This document shows, in pieces, positions 9,390 through 20,355 of a DNA stretch of 51,340 nt. Below the pieces are notes generated by a model. That model was not told the origin of the DNA. It saw only the letters and a program-made list of their open reading frames with translations, and made no database searches. The stretch comes from Guillardia theta CCMP2712 (lineage: Eukaryota; Protista; Cryptophyta): positions 47,408 to 98,747 of the forward strand of contig NW_005434524.1 in the NCBI RefSeq assembly GCF_000315625.1. Reading direction: 5' to 3'. How positions within the stretch are numbered: position 1 is the stretch's first letter; every line of letters begins with the position of its first letter. A program made the position numbers and the translations under genes.

Positions 9390-12135
9390 GACTCATTCAC
9401 TGCGTTGCTTCTTCTTGTGCTTCTCCACCCGGGGCATGGTGGACATGAAGAATGTAATGAAACATAAGTGCGTGGTGATGAGGAGTGCTGCTGATTCTTG
9501 ATAAGGTACACAGAAGTTTATACAGAAAGTTGAAAACATCCAGACCATCAAGATCACGAGGTTTGCGAGCCTCGTACATGTTGCGCCATTCACCTTGTGA
9601 TTGCAAAGCCCCATCGGCGACTTGCTGCATGAGACTCGACAGGTGATGGTGATCGAGCTTGAGCCAGCGACTGTGCTGGAGGAGGACGTCGCCTTTGCTC
9701 TCATGCTTGATGGAGGGTTGGTGGCGTACGGTGAAAGACCCTCTCCTCCATCTGTTCCTTTGACGGCTCCCTGCGCAGGCCTGCAATGGGCGAAGGAAGG
9801 CCTCGTTGAGATTCCCGTCCCTCCCGGTCTGCGGTGACAGGGAACCTGCCTCAGAGCTGAGTGGCTGGGCAGATGGAGAGCATGAAGTGACTCTGGCGAT
9901 CACTAGCGACACCGGCGAGTCAACCTGGAAACGAGACTCCAATATCTGCGTAAGCTCCTCATGTCTGTTTGCGCAGTCTGACGCCCTTGTATGCGGCAGC
10001 GGATCCACACGGCGAGGTTTGTTTCGAAGTCGATCCACTCGCCAGACACCTTTCAGCAGCTGCAAGTCGAATCCCCGAGAACAGGAGAGCGGCTGCTGGT
10101 CGGAGAGACTCGTCTGCTGGAGTTCAAGCTGAATGATAAACGGTGGCTGGCTATCAGGGTGAACGGACGGGAAGTGAGGGAAGCAGACGTGTACGAGGAG
10201 GGGACCCACAGCACTGTGATGGACTTCCTTGACGTGGAAGAAGAGAACACGCATGGAGGAAAACTCGATGCGTCACCAGAGGCTTCTCGATTTGATCTCG
10301 AGATCTTGACATGGGACATCTCAGACGAAGAGCGTGAGGAATCAAACGTGAAAGAACGAGCGTCAATCCACTTTCATCTCGCCAATGAGCCTCCAAATGT
10401 CATGTTCCAATTTCCTCCGGACAAGTATGTCTACAATGACCCCAGCAATGTCAACGTAGCTCTTCTCGTGACCTACTTTGCGTTCCATCGCTTCCCTTCG
10501 ATTGCGAATGGCTTTGTCAAAGTTCTCATTGATTGGGATCATGCTACCACCGCAAAGGTATCCGACTTACCCTGCGTCTCTCGTCTCACTTCATCCAGAT
10601 CGTCCGAGACAGCGAAGGCGTTTTTGAGATCACCATGAGTCTTGCGCAGCCTTTCAACCGACCAGGATGGCACCACATTCAAGTCCAGCTGTCGGGCCCC
10701 GACCAGCAGCCGCTAGGAGGGCCTGTAGAGCTTCTGTACAAGGTTGACGAGCAACAGGGGGGGGTCAAGGCAGGGGAAGGGAAAGAACAAAGAGTTCTCT
10801 CCATCCCCATCGGGAGCTGGTCGGAGCTGCACCAGGTCGAGCTTGACTCGCTTCCCTCGGACAGCGAAGGTCACGTGATCTGTGGGGGGCATGGCACGTG
10901 CGTTGGGTCGCCTCGCAAGTGTGAGTGCGTCTGCGAGGGCGACTGGATCGGGAGCTCGTGTAACGTGAGTCTCGAGGTCGAGGTGGAGTACTTTCCGCAA
11001 GTGATGCCGGTGCTGTCCGACTCGAGATGGGCTTTGTCAGCGTCCCTTCTGAATGGCAGCAGAGAACTGCTGCACAGATTACAAAACCTTCACAGTGAGA
11101 TCTGATCGACGATCTCGTATACACTCACGCTGTCTTGCAGACACTAGCAACTGTTCGAGGGAGAAGGTGTTTGTGTTCGAGTATAATGATCAAGGTTTAG
11201 CCGCCGTAGTCTCCGATGCCACCGTACAGCTTTCTTACTCGTTTGCGCGCTCGAGGGCGACCGTCTTCCAAGGCGAGTGGACCTACGGGTTGCACAAGGG
11301 ATGTAGGCATGCGTCAGGCGTCGCCTGTCACTTTCATCCTCACTTTGACTGCGAAGCCTCTCAAGACTTCCAGCAGCCTGAGTTCGAGTCGCATCCTCGA
11401 GACGTGATTCCAGCCGAGTACTCAGGCAGAGGATCGTTCTGGTGGTATTCCCACCTCTCGCACTACCTTCTCCAAGAAAACTTTGACTTCCAGCTCAAGG
11501 TCCCTCCTCCCTCTCCCCTCGTCTCCTCATCGTTTCCTTCAGATCGCTTCTGCTAAGGCGCAGCTGGGCTTTTACGGCCCCATCATCGGAGTGCACGTGC
11601 GCAATGGGGACTACTGTTCTTACGAGAACGACAAGGGGGGAATCTGCCTCATGTACAAGCACTGCATCTGCGATGGCTTCCAGCCGTACCTTGAGAGGAT
11701 CCGACGAGTGCGAGAGCTCTACGGCATCTCCACCGTCTTCTTGGCCACGCAAGACCCGAGGATCATTGCAGCAGCCAAGGCTGAACAAGGATTTCGCGTC
11801 CTGCACCTCGAGTTTGATCGAGATCAGCTGACGGGCAAGAACGCCAGGAAGGCTCTTCACTGGAGGCAGAAGCAGGTGCTCCCGACCTCTGCTCTCTGCT
11901 CTCTCCTCCCCTCTGACTTGTCGGAATTCTCTAGGGGTACGTGGACTCAGAGATGGTCAGCGAGTCCGCGCTGCTCGATCTCTTCCTCCTCCGTGACTGC
12001 GACGTGTTCATCGGAGCCTTTCACTCGCAGTACTCGAGACTCGCGTATCAGCTGATGGCGATCAAGCAAGGGCTCCATCCTCCTTTCTCGTCGGTCCATC
12101 TCTCCTGGGGCTCTACCTTGACATATCCACTTTGA
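9390..12135 (+). CDS. Multi-exon alpha-1,6-fucosyltransferase-like (GT23/FUT8/NodZ-like) protein with an EGF-like domain; 5' end approximate
   Basis: GPIIGVHVRNGD, VFLATQD and SALLDLFLLRDCDVFIGAFHSQYSRLAY fucosyltransferase motifs I-III; EGF-like CGGHGTCVGSPRKCECVCEGDWIGSSC (~10880-10960); hydrophobic SFTALLLLVLL near 9393; short GT-AG introns link the ORF fragments; stop TGA 12133-12135. Confidence 0.75.
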
Positions 12136-12166
12136 CCGTTCAATAACAAGAGACTGCACCACGCGC

Positions 12167-13344
12167 TTATCCCCGCTTGACTTGCTGCGACGTTGGAGCT
12201 AGAGGGTGTCGATGTGACGTTTGACAGGTATCAACGGGGGGAGGAAGGACGTAAAGTAGCTCGCATCTGCTCGACTCGGTCAGGAGGCATCGCTTAGCAA
12301 GCTGCTTACCCGTAGGACTGAAGCAAGAGGTTGCGTCGCTCTTCACCGGAGCGACTAGGGAACTTGGCATCCAGCATGACGTGGAGGGCCGAGAGGAAGG
12401 GGAGAGAGAGAAGGGCGTTCGAGCACGGGACACAATTTCGCTCTCCGAGTAGAGTCCGTCATAACTCCTGCGACTGGCCATGCAGTCGTTGACTTGTCGT
12501 TCCCATGTTGTGATGCTTGATCGCGGAAGTGCATCAGCAGCAGCACGGACACGCAGTCTATCCGTAGGCGACTCAGCCACTAGCAGGCCGCGAGGATGCC
12601 TCTTAGCGCGAAGCAGCTCGCGCAAGGGACGAGAAGGCTCGAGGGGGTTTCGTCTGGAGGGGATGTGGGGGAGGGGCGGCTTCTTCTTGTAGAGGAACCG
12701 CAAGCAGATGGTTTTGCTTCTCTCCCTGTTGACTTCGACGGTGAACTGCTGGAGTAGCTGCTTGCCGTCAGGGGCATCACATGGACTGCAAGACATCTCA
12801 CTGTTTGTAACGGAGGGTCCAGGGGGTGCAAGAACTGTCCTTGAGGATCGGTCTCAACGGCTTTATCTATGTACGCGCTTGCTTCTTCCATTTCCTAGGC
12901 AGCACAGGATTACCATCATTCTCGGATCACCATCATTCTCGGCGCATCAGTCTTATTGCAAGCGCTTTACCTGCCTTTGCAGCAACATGAATCTCCCCAG
13001 GAAGAAAAGACCGCACGGATCGTCTGGTGAATGCTCGTGGCATGTTCCTTTTCACCAAGTGAGGGATGTAAGTGGATATTCAAGGATTTACTCAGATGTT
13101 GTCCGGCTTGCTCGATCAGGCTAGCGTCGCGCAGTGCCTTTCCTTTCCTGCAAAGTATTCTTGCCAGGGCACATGCTGAAGGAACGTGCTTGGGGTTTAT
13201 GCTCAATGCCCTGGTTGCGACTCCTTCGGCCTCTTGTAAGTCGCCCTGCAGCATCAACCTGGTGGCTCTTTCGCTCTGTCGGAGAAGTTCTTGTTCAACT
13301 TGAAAAGTTCTCTCTTCTTTCTCATCGCCCGATGCTGTCATCAC
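12167..13344 (-). CDS. Multi-exon TPR-like hypothetical protein
   Basis: GDLQEAEGVATRALSINPKHVPSACALARIL and EEASAYIDKAVETDPQ fit the TPR helix-B consensus; ORF fragments separated by short intron-like segments; exon structure of the 3' half not resolved. Confidence 0.55.
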
Positions 13345-14421
13345 AGGTGGAGCTTGCCACCTCCTCTCAAGTTTCCTTCTCCCCTTCTGCTCTTCTCTTC
13401 TGCTCAGTCACTTCTCCCCAAACTTCTCCTCTCCTCTCCTCTCCTCTCCTCTCCTCTCCTCTCCTCTCCTCTCCTCTCCTCTCCTCTCCTCTCCTCTCCT
13501 CTCCTCTTCTCTCCCCTCCTCTCCCTTTCTCTCCTCTTGTCTTCTTCCGAGTTCACTTCTCCCGGTCGTTCGTGTCAGTTTGGTTGACAATTGCCATTTT
13601 TTTTTGCCCGGCATATCACACCAAAAATCAACGGCCTTGCAACGGTCGGGGGAGTATTGCCTCTGAGTCCTAGTGTGCTGGCCCCGCCCATCAGGTGCCG
13701 CCCCCGGGCCGGGCCGGGCCGGGCCGGGCCGGGCTGCCCAGAGAGCCGGCCGCGGCCCCCGGCGACAGTGCTGAGTGAAGTTTACAGTATGCAGTTTGAA
13801 TCAAATAAAATCAGAATGGCAATGCCACCCCACTGTTCTCAATAAAGTACCCCCCTTTTAGGAGGTGGTCACCTGAACAGTACATGGACAAGGACCCACT
13901 GTCACATGGGAGGTAAGGGGGGTGGTGGGGTGGTAATGAAGGTTTATATCGTACGGAACTGTATCTTCGGCCTCCCCCTGCACAATCGCAATGGAAGCCT
14001 GCAGGGGGGCAGGGATAGGAGGAGAGAGGAAGAGGATGGGGGAAGGCAGAGACGGGGAGAGCATGGCACACGTCTTGAGAACCTCTCTTGTTTCTCTTCA
14101 TGTCTACCACCAAGAGACATAAGACGAATCCATGGTGAAAGACGAAACGGTTGCAGGGTAGTTGACAGGTGCAGACCGGTGTGGGGGTAAGCTTTTGGAA
14201 GAGCTTGTCCTTGTGTCCTTGTGTAGGTTGTAATGTAGCTGATTGGAATAGTTGTGCATGTTGCTAGAGAGATTTATGAAAAAAAAATTACAGAGGAGGG
14301 TAGGGGTTGCAGAATGGCGTACGATGATGAGGTACGGGAGGAGATCAAGTAGACATATAGACTTCTTGACTTGTTCGCTGTCCATAACAAACAACCTCTG
14401 AAAAGAACTTCTATCAGCAGG

Positions 14422-17400
14422 ATGCGGCAAATCCTCCTTGCGGCCATGGCCGTCCAAGCCTTGATATCTTGTCAAGCTTCGTTTCTGACACACCATCTGC
14501 GCCTGCGAGGACAGCACGGAGTCGTCGCGGGAGGGCCCAGGCTGCTGAGGATGTCGGGAGGAAAGCAGATGCGCGGGAAGTCGAGCGGGCCAAAGGTGCT
14601 GGATGAGTACCATCACGAGTTTCAGTCGAAGCACGAGGAGGAGAAGTCGATGGTCAGAGTCTCGGCGGTGCTGGAGGGAGACCAAGTCAAGTGCTCCATC
14701 GAGTGCAAGTGCAGAGGGGAGATGGTGCTTCACTGGGCCTTCTCCGAGAGCTCCAAGGGATGGTATGCCGTGCCCGACGAGTGTCTGCCGGCTGGATCGA
14801 GGAGGATCGACGAAAAGGCGTCACAGACGACGTTTGTGAACGGGAGGATAGAGATCGTGATGAAGAAGCAGGACATGCCTGAGGCGATCTCCTTCGTCCT
14901 CAAGAAGAGCTCTCCCGAGGAATGGATCAGCGGGCCCGGCGGAGACTTCAAGATCGCACTGAAGAGCCCCGACTCAAGCTCGATCGGGCAGCTGATCATG
15001 GAAAGGGAAGCCAAGGCCTCTCACTGGAGTATCCTCGATCGCATGCGGCTGGTCAATCAGAACGTGAAGGCTGTGGCTGAGAGCGAGGAAGGACTGAGCT
15101 GGTTGTACACCCTTTTACGATTCAACCAGATGAAACTTGTGAGCTCCTCAAGCTTTTTCTTCTCTTCCTCTCCCCTCCTTTCTTCTCCTGTCCCCTCCCT
15201 CACCCTCCTATCCTCTCCTCCTGCCTCCTCCTTGCTCTTCTCTTCCTCTCCTCTCCTCTCCTCTCCTTCCTCTCCTCTCCTCTCCTCTCTTCTCCTCTCC
15301 TCTCCTCTCCTCTCCTCTCCTCTCCTCTCCTCTCCTTCCCTCTCCTCTCCTCTCCTCTCCTCTCCTCTCCTCTCCTCTCCTCTCCTCTGCTCCTTCTCTC
15401 AACTAAAAGAGTAGATATATCTTTCTCTCCTCTCGTCTCTAACTCTCCTTGTCCTCTTGCGCGTGCTGATACAACGGCCTTACAGGTCCCTTTGACCCGC
15501 AACTCCAACTATCAGTCCAAGGACCTGGCCCACACTCAGGACGGCGTCTCTCTTGCCTTTGCCTCTCTCTATGCCAAACAGCCCGACGCGAGGCTGTGGG
15601 CGAGGATGTGCGTCGCGCTGGTGCCGAGGTGAGGCTGGTGGTGGAGTGAGAGGAGCTTACGCGAGCGCAGAGGAGGAGGAAACGGAGACGCGATCCGACT
15701 GGAAATCCTCGACATCATGAGGAGGCACGGGATCAAGGAGGGCCATCGACCCGGGTGAGGAGGAGGAGCGAAGATGCGAGGAGATGGAGGGGAAGGGAGG
15801 GGAGGGGAGGGAAAAAGATCAAACGCAGATTAAGAATGAGTACAATTGAGGAGGGCAGGAGGAGGAGGAAAAAGAGAGGAGGGACGAGGGAGGGAAGGGC
15901 AGGAGAGAGAAGGAGGCAGGAGCTGACGTGGCATTCAGGATTGAGGACAGGTTCTTGGAGGAGTGGCACCAGAAGCTTCACACTAACTGCGCTCCTGACG
16001 ACATTATCATCGCTGAAGCCTACATCCGCTTCCTCGAGACCGGCAACCCCGACGACTACTGGAGCCACCTCAAGGGCAACGGCCTCTCCTGGGAGTACAT
16101 GTCTTCCATCGGAGGTGGGAAAGGGTCCGCAAACTCCGGGCTCAAGGGCCTCACAGCTACTCCCCTGCACCTTCCCCAGCTGTGCAACGACATCAAGCAC
16201 CTCCGATGGACGTTGATGCAGGTGCACGGAGGAGCAGACCTTGACTTCATGATCCACAAGGCGAGTGGAGGGCTGGACGGGGAGCTGAACGGGATCTTGC
16301 GGGAGATCCAGAGCAACAGGCACGAGTGGTGGGTGCCGGGAAAGATCCTCGAGGCGAGGAGGAGGCTGAAGCATCTGCTGAGCAACGGGGAGGGGCACAG
16401 AGATGGGCTCATGCTGGACGTGTCGCTGGACCAGTGGTTCAAGGTCCAGCTGGAGAAGACGCAGTTTGGACACCTGGAGAAGAACAACCTGCTAGACGTG
16501 ACTTCGGTGGCTCTAGAGAACTGCGCGCTGTCTCTTGGGCAGGAGCTGGAGTTCTGCCATTCTCAGCTGTGCAAGGTGAAGGAGATGGGAAACAGGTGGA
16601 GCAAGGAGTGGGGGCTGGTGGCGAAGGCGACGGTGGAGAGGATCAGCCTTGCGCTGCAGGAAGTGTCTGGTAGGATCTACTCGTGTGTGCAGCCCAAGGC
16701 AGAGCAGCTGGGGAAGGCGATGGGGACGGAGGAGGCGTACCTGACCAACTTCGGGGAGGAAGTGATCCGAGGCAGCTCTACTTTCATTGTCTCTCAACTG
16801 CTCGCCTGCCTCGACCCCATGATCCGCGAGTGCGCCAACATCGGGACGTGGGAGCCCATGTCGAGCATCGTGGAGGCGACGGGGAGCGTGCAGGTGCTGG
16901 AAAACCTTGTGGCGATCCAGGGGAAGGAGTTCAAGGAGAAGCAAGTGGTGGTGGTGCGGGAGGTGAGGGGGATAGAGGACATCCCCAAGGGCGTCACGGC
17001 CATCCTCACCCGCAGCAGCATCGACGCTCTTTCTCACATCGCCATCCGAGCTCGCAACCAGCGCGTCCTCTTCGCCACCTGCCATGACGAGCAGGCCTTC
17101 AGCGACCTCTGCCGTCGCCAGGGCCTGGTGGACGTGTCGGTGGACTCGATGGGAAACATCGTGGTGAAGGAGGGAGTGAAGAGCGACCAGAAGGTGCAGG
17201 AGGAGGCGACAGGCAGCATCAAAGTTGTTTCCCCTGCCTCCCCTAAAGCCGATGTGCTGGAGGAGGAAGAATTCGACGAGCAGGTGGTCGGGTCAAAGTC
17301 CCTCAATCTTCACAAGCTCATCGCCCTCAAGCGCGAACTCCCCGCCTACGTCGAGTTCCCCTTCTCAGCTGCCATCCCCTTCGGAGTCTTCGAGAAGATC

Positions 17401-18219
17401 CTCGCCGCTGACGCGAACAAGCCAGTCCAGCAGAAGATCCAGAAGCTGCAGGCCAGCCTGACCGGCGAGCCCCAGCACGACTTGGAGGTCCTGAAGGAGC
17501 TAAGAAACTCGTTCGAGGAGGTGGAGATACCCGCGAGCCTCCTCAAGGATCTGCAGGCACGGACCCTCAAGTCGCCTCTCTCCAACTTCCTGCAGGAGTA
17601 CGAGGAGGAGAGCTGCGAGGCGATCCGGAGGGTCTGGGCGAGCAAGTGGAGCGATCGCGCATACTTCTCCCGCAAGGCTCATCGCATCCCCGACTCCAAC
17701 CTCTTCATGGGCGTCCTCCTGCAGCCCGTCGCCGCCGCCTCCTACGCCTTCGTCCTCCACACCAAGAACCCCATGAACGGGAAGGAGGAGGAGCTGGCCG
17801 GTGAGCTCGTGCTGGGGCTGGGCGAGGCTCTGGTGGGGAACCATCCCGGTCGGGCTCTGAGCTTTCTGGTGGACAAGAAGAGCGGGAAGGTAACGGTAGG
17901 AAGGCTGCCTTCGAAGCGAGAGGGCTTCTTCCTCGAGGACAGCACCTTCATCTTCCGCTCCGACTCCAACTGCGAGGACCTCGACAAGTACGCGGGAGCC
18001 GGGCTGTACGACAGCGTCATGGCCATCGAGCCCGAGAAGAAGGCGATAGACTACAGCAACGACCGAGTGTTCTGGGACGGAAACTACCGCGAGGAGCTGC
18101 TAAAGAAGATTGCTGAGGTGGGAATCGCCATAGAGCGCCAGCTGGGCAAGGAGCAGGACATCGAGGGAGTCGTGAGCGAGGACAAGATCGTCATCGTCCA
18201 GAGCAGAAATCAGGTGTAG
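14422..18219 (+). CDS. GWD: Alpha-glucan, water dikinase (starch-phosphorylating R1 protein) with N-terminal signal peptide; exons 14422-15138, 15486-15628, 15671-15754, 15939-18219
   Basis: Phosphohistidine motif LSHIAIRARNQRVLFATC; EWHQKLHTNCAPDD; nucleotide-binding domain VWASKWSDRAY, GLGEALVG, FRSDSNCEDLDKYAGAGLYDS, QDIEGVV...IVQSRNQV. Three GT-AG introns restore one continuous frame (MKL|VPLTRNSNYQSKDLAH...PR|GGGNGDAIRLEIL...HRPG|IEDRF). Confidence 0.93.
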
Positions 18220-19099
18220 AGGAGGAGGTAGAGTGAGAGAAGGGGAGGAGGAGGAGGAGAAGTATGTGATACGTGGGAGGAAGGGAAGGAACTTTTGATA
18301 ACAAACCTTCTTTGAGATCCAACAATCATATGCCTCTGATTGCTGTTCCTTCATTCTCTTTCAGAGCCCCCTTCCTCCATCCCTCTTCAACTTCTTCATC
18401 CTTCTCCGTCTTCTCCTTCCCGCGTGTCCCCCTCCTCATCGCCGACTGATTTCATTGGGGCACTTCACTCTGACTTCTCGGGCTTAGGAGGCAGCAGCAG
18501 GTCTGCTACGCCTCCTCCTCCTCCTCCTCCTCCTCCTCCCATCCCNNNNNNNNNNNNNNNNNNNNNNNNNNNNNNNNNNNNNNNNNNNNNNNNNNNNNNN
18601 NNNNNNNNNNNNNNNNNNNNNNNNNNNNNNNNNNNNNNNNNNNNNAATTTGCTCTCCGAGGCGACGACAACGGTGGCCTTGCAGAAAATTTATCAGAATT
18701 TTCTGGTCCTCTTCCTGTTCCCACCGCTTTCTGCCCTTGTCAATCTCCTCAACTTTCGAGTCCTATCATCTATTCTTCTCTACATTTACATCTTTCCTCC
18801 TTACCTTTCCTGCTCTGCTCTGCTCTGCTCTGCTCTGCTCTGCTCTGCACTCCCTCCCCCCCACTCTCTCTCCTCTCTCCCTCTTCCTCCTCTCGTTCTT
18901 GTGGTTGATTCCTCCTCTTCCCCTCACCATTTCCCCTTCCCCCATCCTTGACTGCCTCCTCCTCCCCCTCATTCATCGTATCCTCCCGGCTCCTCTGTAC
19001 TCCTGCCCTGCCCTGCCCTGCCCTGCCCTGCCCTGCCCTGCCCTGCCCTGCCCTGTTCTTTCCCCCTCTGTTCTGTCCTCCTCTTACGTTGGTCGCAGC

Positions 19100-19822
19100 A
19101 GCAGCCGCAGCTGTCGGTCTGCTTGTCATCGGCGCATAGGCAGAGAAGGAGCTGGTTTCTGTGTCCACCACCAGCACATCGCCGACCATCCTGAGGTCAG
19201 CCCGCGGAAGCCTTTCCCACCTCCCTTCAGCTGGGAGGAAGCTGCGCCGAACATGAGCAAGTGAAAGAAGATGGGAAGAGAGGAGACGAGGAGGAGGAGC
19301 AGAGGAGAGGAGAGGAGAGGCAAGGAGAGGAGAGGAGAGGAGAGGAGAGGCAAGGAGAGGAGAGGAGAGGAGAGGAGAGGAGAGGAGAGGAGAGGAGAGG
19401 AGAGGAGAGGAGAGGAGAGGAGAGGAGAGGAGAAAAGGGGAGGGAGGAGAAGAGGGAGGGAGCAGTAAGAGATCGATGGGAAACGTTCAATACCGGTAGA
19501 TGAAGATTTCAAGGTCCTGAGGTTTTGACTTGAGATAAGTCGGGATTGACAACTTGACGGGATTCTGAAACTTGATGCCGGAGGGTCCAAAATCGAGGAT
19601 AACCCCTGAGTATGATGATGAGATGGCAGGAAATAGAAGACAGAGACGACGACTGTGAAGCGAAAGAGGAAGATGCTGAAGAAGAGGAAGGGGAGAGGTG
19701 GTTGTGGTGGTGATGATGATTGAAATGATGATGATGATGGAAATGATGGTGATGATGACGATGACGATGACGACGATGATGACGATGACGATGACGATGA
19801 TGATTATGATGATGATGACGAC

Positions 19823-19854
<32 letters not shown>

Positions 19855-20295
19855 CGATGATGACGATGACGATGACGACGATGATAAAGATGAGCACGAC
19901 GACGACGACGATGAAAATGATGATGATGAATGACAAACAAGTCACCTGCTACTTCAGCGGTTGCTGGCAGATTCGGGAGACCCGTTGAGCTGTTGAAGAC
20001 GATGATTTCCGGTCCTGACACCCAGCAGGTTCAGAAGTTGACAAGGGAGGGAGAAAGTTGACAAGGGAGGGAGAAAGTTGACAAGGGAGGGAGAAAGTTG
20101 ACAAGGGAGGGAGAAAGTTGACAAGGGAGGGGAAAAAATGGTCACCTTGGGTGGCGGTGGGGGGCCAGGAGTTGGCAGGGAAGGAAATTTTAACGTCACT
20201 GAGATGCGAGAGGTTATGAAGTTGATAAGAAGAGATGGAGGGGAGTGAAGGGAGGAGTGAAACAAGTAAGATGAGTCGTGCGCAGGAGGAGGAGA

Positions 20296-20355
<60 letters not shown>

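Noticed and set aside
19487-20021. Poly-His/Ile/Met ORFs
   Set aside because: Intronic (GAT)n microsatellite translations.
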